A DNA stretch of 32,641 bases, from NCBI GenBank assembly GCA_021432655.1, contig MU271182.1, forward strand, positions 267,985-300,625, read 5' to 3'. Within the stretch, counting starts at the first letter, position 1; each line of letters begins with the position of its first letter. The DNA is from Atractiella rhizophila. Taxonomy: Eukaryota. Positions 10,196 to 22,300 of this stretch are shown one piece after another. The notes beneath the pieces are model-generated. The model ran no database searches, was not told where the DNA came from, and worked only from the letters and a program-made list of their open reading frames with translations. The position numbers and the translations under genes are program-made.

Positions 10196-13100
10196 TAGGG
10201 ATGGCTATCGAATCGTATCGTATCGGATGGGCATCGATACGCGGCGACTCCGAAGCTGTATCGTATCGTATCGGCACGGTAGGTCAATGTCAACCTCGTT
10301 CGACATGGGTTCCGATACGACTGAGGCGGCGTCAGTCGATCGGTTTACGGCGTCAAGAGAAGGTGGAGGGACAAATGCATGGCTAACTGGTTCAATGCAA
10401 AACTTATAATCATTCCACATCCCAACGGTGTCATGTTCCTGCTCTTCAAGTAACTATGCTCCGACAGTTTCCCCCTCTTTCTGTTTTTCCGGAGTTCCTC
10501 CAGCTTCCTCAACAGGGCTCTCCATTCCCCTGTCCGATCTAATGCAAGCTTGGCCTTCGTGATAATCAAGGTCCCAATAGTAGATGGCATTAGGCGGTGC
10601 CTTCAGATCCCGATTGTGTCCCTTGCACCTGAGAATACTCGCTCAACACCAACGGCACACCCTTTGAAGCAATCGATGAGCTAGCAATCCAGTGGACACA
10701 AGAGAGGCATCAAAGGACAAACCAGGGATAGACAGTATATCTCTTGCCATATGAGATCATGCTGGCATTGCCTCTGCTCGATTCCGGTACCACTCAAAGA
10801 TGTCAGCTGAAGCAGGGAGTTGACGTTGTTGCATGTAGTACTCAACCTCTCGCCTCGCTTCGATGTCTGCTAAAGCATTCTGCCCTTCGAGGTCACTGTC
10901 ATTGATATGACTGTCATTAAAGGCGTCGTCGAGATAAGATCCGGTAGACTTCAGTTCTGTAGATGTGTTCGGAGGCTGAACAGAGAAGCCTTGGCCGTAT
11001 TTCGGAAAGTATTTGGTTTTGAATAATTCGATGAGATTGAGCTTGTGCTGCTCGACAGCAGCCTTTTCGAATTCGGTAAAATTGAGCGCTGAAAAAATGT
11101 GGGCCCAAGTCGAGGATCAAGAACTACTCCCATTGTGAAGATCAGTAAATTGATGAATGGAGTAAGGATTATCAGCCACGAATGTATGAGCACTTACGAG
11201 CAGCATAAACATAGTAGGGGGAATCGTCTGAACGATAATGGTATTCGGCAAGCTTTGTGTGTGCTTCAACAAGACCAATTCGGTATTCCTTGGAGAGGTC
11301 AGGAGGGAAGGCTATGATTATCTTCTTTAGGTGATTTAGCAAGCCATGGTCCTGGAGGAGGGTGAATGAAAGACAGGGAGTTGAAGTTGTTGACATGCGA
11401 ATTGTTGCATCTCTGAATGCCTGCAGCCACTTGCAAACAATCTTGACTCCTTCCCAATCAGCTTCAGACAGGCATTAATCCTTGTCCAGTTCATAATGTT
11501 TGCAATATCGGTCAATAGCAGGTCTGCATCTGTTAGCTAGATCCAACATCTCGTGGGTTGAGCCCCAACGAGTTCGGACATCAAGAATCAACATTCTCAG
11601 TGTAGTGCGGGACATACTCTCTAGCTCAGTTAAAGCTTTCTCAAGCTCCTGGAGCCAGCTGTTGCGACGATTTGGGGAACTACGGATGCCTCTTATTAAA
11701 GTGCGAAGGTGACAACTGGGACTCAGATTCACAGTTCAAATGGAAAAGGGAAGAAATGATAGACATACTTTAGGGATAGCGCCTTTGAAGGAACTGATCT
11801 CATCCTCCAAATACTCATCCTCCGCCCTTGCCGCATCATCGTGAACTGCTCCAACTTTCTCTGTTACACATTCTTGATAACTTTTGCTTCGCTTCTTCCT
11901 CTTTCCATCAGAATCAGGTTTAGCCCACACTCCAAGGGAATCAAGGAGGGCAAGGACAGCAAGATGGATGATGTGGGGTAAGCATCGAATCCGTCGCTCC
12001 TTTGCATCAAACGGAATGCCTCGAGAAGCAAATTTTTGAGCAAGAGCAGACATCATCGTGTTGTTGTTAGATGCATTGTCTGAGGTAATGCAACCAATCT
12101 GTTATTTATCCAATGCATCAGCGCATACAATGCGAGTGGAAGACAAACCTTTGAAGCAATTCTAAAGTCCATGATGCATTTCCACACTACCTCTGCCATA
12201 TTCTCACCGGTATGCGAACCTTGAAGCTCTGCGAAGTCAAGAACGACTTCAACGAGGTCCAATCACGGTTGATGTAAGTACCAGTGATGCAGAGAAAGGG
12301 AAAACCATTCTCAGAGGTCCAGGCATCTAGAGCAAGATTGATCGTTGTGTCTGCCTCCTGTACCCACTCAATTAAAATAGCTCACAAACAGCTATGAAAT
12401 ATGCACCATTACCTCTTTCTTAAGATCACACATGACAGTGGCACCTTTTTTCATCACGTCCTCCCTCAATCTCTTCCTCATTGGCAGTTTCATGGACTTT
12501 GCATCCGCACCATTGAGATTTGCTTCTTCATCACTCATACCCCCCTCATCATCGCTATTCCAGGACAACACTTTAGGAAGTGTAACCTTGTGTTCAGGTT
12601 TCATGGTCGGGTAAGTGTACTGGAGGTAGTTGAGGAGGTCACGGAAGTGTGGATTTTCGACAAGCTGAAAAGGCTGATCGGTGGTTATGAAAAAATTAAT
12701 CAGTAAGTTTTCGAACTTTGTCTGATCGAAACCCTGTAACTGAGAAGTAAGTAAAAGCAGTGCACGATAGAGAGAAGAATGACGTACCTGATCCCCAAAG
12801 CGAGCCATGCCCTGCAGCTGATCAAGGATGTCAAGCTGACTCTCAGATCTTTTGTCCTCGACCAATTGTTATCTGTCAATGCATAAAGATAAGTATTGCG
12901 ATAAATAATGAAAGAATGCAGACCGGAATCTCATTGCCTGCCTTCTTCTTTTCCTCCTCCGATATTGGCACTTTGTCTTCATACTTTTTCTTTAACAACT
13001 TTAAGAGGGGACCGGTGGCCTTGACATGGCATGGGGATCCGGTAAGATGATCCTCGAGGTGGGTGAGTTTTCCGTTGCTGCTTTTGGTGATCTGATTTGT

Positions 13101-14497
13101 CCACCGACAGTGCTTGCATTTGACGTAGGTTGTTCCTGTCTTGTGTCCATTTTATATGTCAGGATGCGCATCGGACTTTGAAATGACGGAGTAGAAGAGC
13201 CAGACAGGGTTTCTCCTCTTCGACTTAGTCTAAGAATGCATCAGAGAGATCATAAGCTAATATGAATAGAACTTAATTACTTGATTGTTCATTTGATTAT
13301 CGTCTGCAGCGACTTCTCGTCCAAGCGGATTAAGTGTTGAGACTGATACCGTGTTAATGGTAAAAATCTGTTCCCAGAAACATTTCGTCAGCGAGCATAA
13401 AACAAAGGGAAGACAAACCATTGTTCGGGTACTCCTATTGCCCTTTGGATTCACCTTCTTGTTCTGTTCCAGTGATTCTGCCAACTCAACATCATCAATC
13501 TCCATCCCAATGGGATCTTCCTCGTCCTCGCCCAAGGCATTGCTATCATCCTTTGCAGGATCATATTCTGTGTCACTCCCCCCGACATTGTCAACCAGCC
13601 CTTCAGCAGCAAGTACCGCATGGATCTGATGTGCAACGGCACAGATAGAATCCTTTCGTGCATTGAGGAGATAGGTTGGTATGGAGGAGTCGTCAACTTG
13701 GAGGAGTTTCAGCCACAGGACTCGAAGCGCGATGAGTCCCTGTTTTCCTCCAATATCACCAAGACCGGGGCGCCAGAGAGAGAAGGTGTGATGAATGGGC
13801 TCCTCATCGTCCTCATGAAGCGAAGCAACTTGATGAATGAGATTCTGACAAGCAACGAAGAGCTTCGCCATGCTCTATAAACTCCTCATCAGCAAAGGAA
13901 AGGGTGGACATTGACAAAAACACACATATTTTGGGTCTGGTTGGAGGGTGTGCGAGGTTGCAAGCAAGATCTTCAGCTCAGCATAGCCTGGTATCTTTTG
14001 GTGCCTTCATGCACATATCAATCACTGAGCCTTTCAAGAAGGAAATAACAGCCTACTCTGATTCCTCATCCTTCCGCCTCTTGGACTGGCTCAGTGCAGT
14101 TCCATCCTCATTGTTCCTCTTCGCAATATCCACTGAAGTACGGGACCGATTTTCCTAGCCCAAGAAAGTCCTCCAATGTTGCCATGAGCTTGAGATCAAT
14201 TGAATGGAAAGAGGCATATGATGGGGAAGAGCTATATAGAGCGGAGGATACAAAAAGGTCGTGACGACGGAAGTGAAGCTCAGTGAGGACTTGAGGACTT
14301 GTTATTGATACCATCACCCAAAATCATGAATCGCGGATCGTATCGAATCGTAAAAAGTGTGGCCTGGCAGTTCGATGGATGCTGTGAATCGTATCGAGCC
14401 GAATCGACAATCGCCATTCTTCAAACCTTCGAACGATATACGATAAGGCATCGGAGCCGGCGGAGCTGCTACGATTTGACTTCGATAGCCATCCCTA
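10196..14497 (-). mobile_element. Full-length hAT DNA transposon (4302 bp)
   Basis: Perfect 17-bp TIRs TAGGGATGGCTATCGAA (10196-10212 and 14481-14497). The 8-bp TSD is GTCACGGA / GACACGGA (7/8 match). Subterminal ATCGT/TCGTA repeats and an internal hAT transposase are present. Confidence 0.96.
10345..14185 (-). pseudogene. Multi-intron hAT transposase (BED finger, DDE core, C-terminal dimerization domain), disrupted
   Basis: VKCKHC...HLEDHL (BED-like), LALDAWTS, SHTGENMA, SDNASNN, IRCLPHIIHLAV, DVRTRWGST and VERVFS. There is an in-frame TGA near 10604 (GI*RHRL) and frameshifts near 14120 and 12262. Confidence 0.92.
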
Positions 14498-14970
14498 GAC
14501 ACGGAAACCTTCAAAACCGCCAACCCACCTGACCAGTACACCGTACGGTTTGTCTGTGGGTGCAGGGGAAAATCTGTGATGTGTGAAGGAAGGGTGACGG
14601 GTCAGGATTACTTCTCACCAAATTCCGCGGGGGAACCTGCCGGTTCTCGGATTTGGTCATCGCTTGAGTTTGGAGTTTCGGATTGCATGAGCATGTCTTA
14701 GCCACTTGCAGGCTGACAAGACCTAGCCTCAAGAGATGCATAAGTTGTCGTCTGGTGTTGAGATAAATGAGCTAGAAATGGTTCTTAGACAATGATAATT
14801 TCCAAGTTTTGCCCATATCAGAGAAGAATTTTCATCGTTTCTGATCAAACACTTTGAGAGTCCTCATGCTTCTTTTGAGCTTGGACACCCTTGTCCATAT
14901 ATTATAATAACCACAAACACTGTCCGCTCTCTCTCTTTTAAAGTTGCTCAGTAAAAATTCAGTTTGCAGG

Positions 14971-15883
14971 ATGTCCAAGCGGCAACGAAACGACTCTAAC
15001 AGTAGTCAATCTTCAGAAGAAAGTCAAAGAAGACCCTATTCTCAAGCAATTGAGATAGATGATGATGAGAGTGATGCAGTTTAGCTGACTGCTCGAAAGT
15101 GCCACCCTGATCTGTCCCAAATCCGCTAACATCAAAGTTGATAAGACATTCAAGGCTTGGGAAGATAAAGACATCATTAGTATGTACTTGTTTGAAGTAC
15201 GATTGTGCAGAGCATAAACTGATTAGATTTTTTCTCAGACTTTGATGTTGAGATTAGGATTCTTCCTATCACACTGGGAAGCGTGAAGGGAAAAAATCCT
15301 TGTGAGGAGGGTATATGTGTATTTTACATTGCAGGGCATGGTCGATGGACCCCAATGAAACTTGCTGGATTCCACGTTAACACGATGGTCCCACTTGCAC
15401 TTGAGAAGTATGCAAAGCAAACAATACAGGAAGAGATACCGAAAGGATTGAGAAAGGACCTGGAAGTGGAGCTGTTTCCTCATATTCGATTCAAGCCAGG
15501 ACCAAAAGGAATATCATTGAGGATGGCCAGGAGATGGCTGAGGAAAGAGGGATTTCAGTGGACATATTACAAGAAGGGTCTCTACTTTGAGTAAGCTCTT
15601 ACTCTGTGTACAGCTTAGCTGATGTCTTCCAGTGGTCATGACAGACCAGATGTCATCAAGTATTGGCAGGACATCTTTATCCCTACCTTTGAAAGATACC
15701 TCCCCCAACTATGCCAAGTTGTCCTTGTCTCTCACACTTCTCATGGGTGCTGGATGGACAATCCCAATTCGGAAGAAGGGGCAAGGCCATGGTTTTGCAC
15801 CGGTCAGACTTCATCTAGGTGAGCAGTTAGAGTATGGGAAGAATCATGAAGGATACTGGAATGCAGAGAAACTTGCTGAACAG
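14971..15883 (+). pseudogene. Internally deleted Tc1/IS630-like (DDE_3-type) fungal transposase remnant
   Basis: GISLRMARRWLRKEGFQW....GLYF | GHDRPDVIKY and YGKNHEGYWNAEKLAEQ are motifs of a common fungal DDE family. The catalytic DE segment between them is missing. The start coordinate is approximate. Confidence 0.65.
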
Positions 15884-15916
15884 GTCTGTCTTCCTTGCTC
15901 TTGACTGTCCTTATTG

Positions 15917-15941
15917 NNNNNNNNNNNNNNNNNNNNNNNNN
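15917..15941. other. Assembly gap (25 N)
   Basis: Run of N. Confidence 1.
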
Positions 15942-16645
15942 TCAATAAGTGTAACCAGCTCGAGCTTGTCTGACTTTGCCCGATATACCGATTTCCTCTC
16001 AGCAGCACCAATAACACGACGTTTCCCCAACTTTCGACCTCCTCCCAGTTGCAATCCCTTCTCGTCCATATTTGCAACATCACACCATCTTATCTTATGC
16101 TTGTGCATTGTCTCCTCAATCAAATCAAAATAAGAATTCAGATTTGTCCGATTAAATGCCTTCGCAAGTTTGGGATCCAAGGGATTTGCTCTGAACGTCT
16201 TAATTTCGACTTTCTTCCGCTTCATGAAACTGGGATACCACTTCTTCCCTGGTACTCTTCCAATAATCTTCTTGACCACTAAGTTCAAGCCTCTCCGGTG
16301 AAGAGGTAGGCCGGAATCACCAACCCATCGAAGCCAGCAGACAAGGGCATCTTCTTCTCCAGCACTGAGCAGCCTCTGATGCTCATGAATTTCGGTGCGA
16401 CTTAAGCCTCCTTGACACCGCAGCCTCAGTGTACCATAATTCATGTAAACAATCCCTCCCTTGCCAGTTGGATAGGAGTACTGGCGCAATAGCGCTCTGA
16501 AGGAGATGACACACTTCGGGTTATTTGCCCTCATAGCCTCCTCTCTCCTTTCCCAATAAATATTTACCGCCTCAACAAAATCCTTTTCTCTCTGGGCAGC
16601 TACCTCCTGAGCCTCTGTCGGACCTTTCTTCTTCCAACGAGGCAT
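15942..16645 (-). CDS. pogo/Fot1-type transposase, N-terminal half (CENP-B HTH plus start of DDE_1), cut by the gap
   Basis: Open frame from ATG 16645: LSAGEEDALVCW, PGKKWYPSFMKR, PLDPKLAKAFN and NMDEKG. Confidence 0.9.
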
Positions 16646-17155
16646 TTGGAGGATGGTGGGAAGTGTGAGGAAAAGACGGAAGGCGTGTCGTGTCAAAGAA
16701 GACAATCAAAGACAATCAAACAGACTGCGCGGTTGTTCCGCTTGCATGTGACCCAAAAGCGTGTCCTGCTGCGCACTTTAACTCTAATTTGCGCATTTTA
16801 CGCACTTTGCCTCCTCAAGTTGGATTGCCTTCAACAGGCTGTCTTTCAGCAACTTGCAATCAGATCATTAAGGGTGTTTGGAATATGAAAGACTTGACCT
16901 AATTCTTGAGATTGCGAAGAAAAAAATCCAGTAATTGCAAATCGGTAGTTGAAAAACACAGATTTTATGAAACACTACATTTTCATTGATATCCCTGAGA
17001 GATTACAAGCAATGGTCTCGCTGTTTGGAGACAAAATCTGCACACAGGTGCGAAGATCTTGAATCCAGAATATCTAAGGGCTGGAGCGAATTTTGAGGGA
17101 CATTAATATGTGGTGTTAAGGATCTGGGTCTGTTAAGGTTCTGGTGTCAACACAG
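15942..17155 (-). mobile_element. 5' portion of a pogo/Fot1 element; probable terminus TA|CTGTGTTGACACCAG
   Basis: TA at 17156-17157 and a subterminal direct repeat TGTTAAGG(A/T)TCTGG x2 (~17114-17144), 0.5 kb upstream of the transposase. The partner TIR is not visible because of the gap. Confidence 0.6.
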
Positions 17156-17168
17156 TATAGGCTCATGC

Positions 17169-18567
17169 TCAGACGCCAGTAGCCAGAGTCTCGACATCTC
17201 GAAGGGAGTCTCTTGAGCTTTGCTGAACCGGCCACTTGCCCTGGTCCCAAGCTAAGCATTCTGAATAGAACCTAGCACATCTTGTAAGTATAAACAGGTA
17301 GATGAAAGCCAAAGAACTATACACACGTCGTGGCTGTCAAACTCTTACGCACATCTGCCATCTTTGCATCGACCTGATTCCAGAAATTCCTAGTTGTGAA
17401 GTCACCGTGTTGGCCGGCACGTAAAGACCGCTTATCCAACAAATCAGCATATACATATCAAATGGAGAAACCATACTTACAATGTAAGCAAGACGGATTT
17501 GCAGTTCTGCACTGGGGCGAATGTTGTAGCCATTCACGACCGCAACTGCGAGCTTAATGATATCCCACCCTTCTTGGATCGATTTTTCGATCTATATACT
17601 GGCGTATCAGCCTTGCCTGCTAAACCAGAACGAAAACGACCCACAATTTCCTTGATCGCGGAGCGTTCTTGACCCGCCTCATATTCAATGACCTTCATCA
17701 CTTTCTTCTGCATGATAGAGCCTTCTTCCCAAGCAGCGGTGAAATACTTCGTTCCAGCCTCGCGTTCAGCCTTTTCGATGTACCTCTGTTATCCCCAACC
17801 CCGCAACACGTTGTCAGATCCGATAGTAAAAGTGAAAAGCAATCATGAGTTTGGTTTGAAAGATGGCATCTTTCAAACCAATCTAAGGAGGAGACATCAT
17901 TAAGAGAGCGATGACGACTCACTTTCGCCCGGTCACCAAACTTGACCTTGTAAGCATAGACATCTGGTGTGCGGAGGAGTTCCGCAACCAGCTGACGGAG
18001 GAACTCCTGGGAAGTATGTCAGAGTGTGTATCTGCACGAAGTAGAGTGGACATCTTACCTTCAGATCCTTACTGACTGACCATTGCTTGATCAGTTTCAG
18101 GTCGTGCGCTTCCACTTGTCGAGTGAGGACCAAAAGATCCGCCTTCAGTTCAACCCTCTGAACAACCTCAGGTGCCTGGGATGCACCTCACATTATGTTC
18201 TTACAGACAATGACGCTGAAGAAATACTTACTACGCCAAAACGCAACAACGCAGGGATATCCTGTGGCTTGAGTAATGGCCGAGTACTGACGATCCCCTC
18301 GATCACAGCGTTGAATTCTACCATGCTGATGCTGACGTCCCGACCTCCTGTAGGCTGGGTTCCCAAGGTACCATACCCACTAGCAGGAGCGCGATGGGTG
18401 AGCTCTTCAGTTCCATTGTCAGAGTTGTCGCGAAGTTCCTGGCGACGGACGGCAAATGGGTCGTTGGAGGGGGTGTTGATCACCGGGGTGCTGTTTGCGG
18501 TATTGAAGCCTGTGCCAGAGACATTCAGACCACTGAGCAGCGAGTTGTAGTCATTGAACTGAGCCAT
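17169..18567 (-). CDS. 8-exon gene, 347-aa protein of unknown function, probable transposon accessory protein
   Basis: Exons 18567-18232, 18175-18059, 18006-17923, 17882-17844, 17785-17645, 17591-17481, 17430-17327 and 17280-17169 splice in frame without stops. Six introns are GT-AG and the intron 4 donor is non-canonical. There is a likely 5'UTR intron at 18568-18620. The C-terminal part reads RLAYIR...FWNQVD...CLAWD. Confidence 0.8.
17851..17881. repeat. Perfect palindrome, 15-bp arms with a 1-nt centre
   Basis: TTGGTTTGAAAGATG-G-CATCTTTCAAACCAA. Confidence 0.98.
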
Positions 18568-19340
18568 CTGCTTCAGTTTGTTAATGATCGAGACAACACC
18601 ACTAACGAGGAATTGCATACCTTAGAACCACAGTTTGAATACGATAACTTCAGAACTTGAAAATCAGCGCTAAAAGCAATATATTGAGAGACACTGAAAG
18701 AGGATGAGAAAACTTGTAAGGAAGAGGCAGAAAATCCATTCCTCTTTTAAACACCGACTACCGGACGGAGACAACCGTCAGAAAGTGGTGGGTTTTCCAT
18801 GAGGTTTGGCGGTTGATGCCTGTGTCGTGGAGTGAATCGAGGGTGAGTGGGAGAGCGGGAGCAGGATGAGACATGAGACGTTGATGGTGGCCGACCAACT
18901 TTGAAAAATTTGCGCTTCCACGGTGGCCCCATGAGGGCTTTTCTGAACGCGTTCATTCACACGTGATATCTTCAGCAATGTGCAGACCAAATTCGTCCTG
19001 TTGTGGTTCATTTTGTAGATGGAGAGAGAGCTGGAGGGAAATTGTAAAGCTGTTATCTATTAAGCCGGAACAGTTGTCCATGGTGAGAGCTCCGTTCAGG
19101 GCTGATCATGTTCCTGCCATTGCCGATTAAACGGGAGCAGAGTGCGAGTGCTGTCTTTGAAACAGGGCACACCCTCTGAGATGTCACAGCTGAGTGATGG
19201 CAACGTGGACTGTTGGTTGTGTTTTCTGGATATAAATCAGTCCGTGGAGTGTCTGTGTCGTGTAAGAGAAGAGCAACTCTGCCCTCTGCATTCTCTTTCA
19301 TTTCGCAAGTTCCTTTTCCTGTGCCCGCCATTATTCGCCA

Positions 19341-22300
19341 ATGCTGCCTACAGCAACCCCACCAGACTTCCAAGTCGAAGCTCTGCAGAACACCAAATAT
19401 ACCTGTCGCTTCTGCCCAAATATTCAATTTTCAAAGCTGTCTGACTGCATACGACATCAAAAGAGTCAGCGGCATCGCGATCTGAAAGCAACATCTTTGG
19501 ATACTCCTATTGAGCAAGAACCAGTGTTCAAGGAACAGCTTCCCTCACATTATGGAAGTCTTTGCTTTCCTCGTCGGGCGGAAGTCAGCTTTGAACAGAA
19601 AGGTGAATCTCTGCCTGATATTATCCATCAAAGCACAGTGGGAATTGAGGGCGACGTTGAGATGTTCATCTCTGAGAACATCTCAAGACATGTAGAGGAA
19701 GAGGTTGAAGAGGAGGAGGATTTACTTCTGAGAGTAGCAATGAAGGAGTATGAGCGCACAAAGCATATTCTGGAGACTTCAGATGACGAGTTTGATTTCC
19801 GTCACTCAGATAACGAAAGTGATGGAGGGGAGTCATTATCAGCTGGAGAGGATGAAGGTACATTAGTTGATGTTTTCGTTTCGATGCCATCGCTGACAAT
19901 GGGCTTTTATTAGATAAATGTTCTGGGCCCAAGCTTCCACAATTGACTGTGATGGAGGACTCAAAGGAGTGGTTTCCGTATTCGAATAAGCAGGTCTGTC
20001 CTGCTATTGTTATATTCTGCTCAGCGATTGATGTCTGACCATGAAAGCAGCATGCTCTGTCTGACCTACTCCTCAATCTCCTTCGACACAAAATCCCAGA
20101 ATCTCTTCGCAAGCTCCTCTGGAAGCTTATACCGGAATTTGGTTCTGAGCATGCAACGTTGAAAGCGGCTTTGCCCTCAAAGGAACGGCTTAAGGGGTTT
20201 GCAAAAGAGATGGAGGATTTGGGTGTTGGAGCGCGGACTCATGAATATTGTGGTCACAGGGGCAATTTTGTCTATGTGAACAACCTCAATACCATGATAG
20301 CGGAGGTGTGTCTATCAATGCTTTTACTTTCTAGTTGTGCACTACTCATTCAAATAACCAGGCCATTGCAAACCCTCTCATCAGAAAACATCTCACCTTT
20401 CTGCCAGAAGACACTGGCGATACCGTTCAAGAGCTGTATCAGGGCGATAAGTGGAAGAGGGAAATCAATGCGCGCCTCCTAACGCCTTCCATTGTTGTCA
20501 AAGGACAGCTCTACTTTACTGACGAGGTTCTGAAGCTAAAGGATGGTTCTTACTTCCTTGTCTCCCGCTGGTTTGTAAAGGCCGGTGTGGTGCATGGCAG
20601 TGGTTACAATGTCTTGTGGTCTGATGTGCTGAGAGGCTTTATTATCGACTACAGAGGCATGTGTTCCGTTTCTATGGATCAGCTGATGATGAACGGTCCG
20701 ACGCAGGAGGAGGAAGATCCGGATTCCAATTTCATCAAAGGTATGATGTCCCCTGGTGCTCACATTGGAAGAACCGCTCACCATTTTCATAGGTGTCTCA
20801 ACTGCAGAAGGCTTGATCCACCCCCAAGAAGCCTGGAAGCCGATCTCAAACCTTCGCGCTCAGTGTAAAGGACGACGAGTTGTGACGGTTCCAGTAGTCC
20901 TGTATGCTGATGATACGTCCGGAAACCGTTCAAAGAAGTGGAACAAGCACCAGAGCTTTCTCGCGACTCTAGCAGGTATATACTTCTGCTCCTTTATGTT
21001 AAATGCTGATGCATCAGCACTCAATCTAGGCCTTCCGAACAAACTCCAGCAGCAAGAGTTCTGTGTTCAATTTCTCGGAACCACCAATGTCGGTTCGGTT
21101 CTTGAACTTTTGGAGGGTGTGGTCAGCCAGATTTTGTAAGTACTGTACAGCAATCAAGATGTGAAAAACCTAATTCCAGTCATGCAGGGATGCATGGAAA
21201 GAGCCTGTAGTGGCCTTCGACTGTCTTACAGGAGAAGAGATCATATTCAGGCCCCTTCCTCTCCTCTTCGAAGGCGATAATCCCATGCAGTCCGAATTCT
21301 GCTCGATTGCAGGTCTAGCGTCACTGAAGTTCTGCCGCGTCTGTAAAGTTGGGGCTGAATCAAAGGCAGAGGAGCAGACTGAAGAACATATACACCAGTT
21401 TCTTAAAGTGCGCAAGTTGGGGCTGAGTCTGTCGTTTGAACACTCAACGATGGCATAGTGTGGCGAACCGCGAAGACCCCTAGAGACACTCGCATCCCTT
21501 CGCCGCTCTGTTGCCATTGCAGCTGATCTGACATTACCCAAAGGTCAAATCGATGCTGAACGAACCTCCTCCGGCGTCAAGGATAACGTTACAACATTCT
21601 TCGTGGAGCAATTGTTGCAGCTGCGCAAGGACTTCCATGGATCAAATGAGGCGCTTCAAGCCGAAATAACGAAGACATTAGAAGAGTATCATTCGAGACA
21701 GTTCCAGCACAACCCTGCATTTCAGCTTTTGGGTTTAGATTTTGATTTCCATCGTGACACCCCTTTCGAAGTCTTGCACGGAATTCTGCTTGGATTTGTC
21801 AAGTACTTTTGGCGCGATAACATCAAGTGGCTCTCTCCTTCCCAAAGGGCATTGGTACTACGAAAACTGGACTCTCTTGAGGTTTCTGGACTGAACACGG
21901 AACGGATCCCAGGCTCTCAACTTGTCGATTATGCCCACAGCCTGGTGGGCAAAGATTTTAAATTGATTATGCAAGTTGCGCTGTTTGCACTCGACGGAGT
22001 GCTGGAAAACGAGCTTGTGTCGATTTGGGTTGCTCTTGGGCGTCTGGGTTCGCTGGTATGGCGCCCCAAAGTCACTTCGAAGGAGACTTATATTGTTTGT
22101 CTTTGAGTATTTCCAAGCACCAGCTGATGAGCAAGGACTCCAGAACGACTTGGAAGCAGCAATCGCTTTCTTCCTGGACTCAACTGCAAGCCTGACGACA
22201 CAATGGTTCAACAAACGAAAGTTTCATCTCCTCGTTCATCTTGCAGACAACGTCCGTCGATTCGGAGTGCCTATCAACTATGCCACCGAAAAATTCGAAA

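Larger units (their letters stand above)
3708..11770. repeat. Copy 1 of a long direct duplication (copy 2 = 24992-32641)
   Basis: Near-identical sequence and ORF track. The offset is ~21.29 kb before the two reciprocal deletions and ~20.87 kb after them. Confidence 0.98.

Noticed and set aside
9957..10420. Several overlapping ORFs over the hAT terminus (also 14299-14541)
   Set aside because: These are by-products of the stop-poor subterminal repeats and cross the TIR/TSD boundary.
15910..15949. CTTATTG / CAATAAG inverted match flanking the first gap
   Set aside because: Only 7 bp at contig edges, so chance or a scaffolding artefact.
17151..17160. CACAGTATAG as the left CAC terminus of the CMC-like element
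   Set aside because: No matching inverted copy on the right. It is better explained as the pogo end plus TA.
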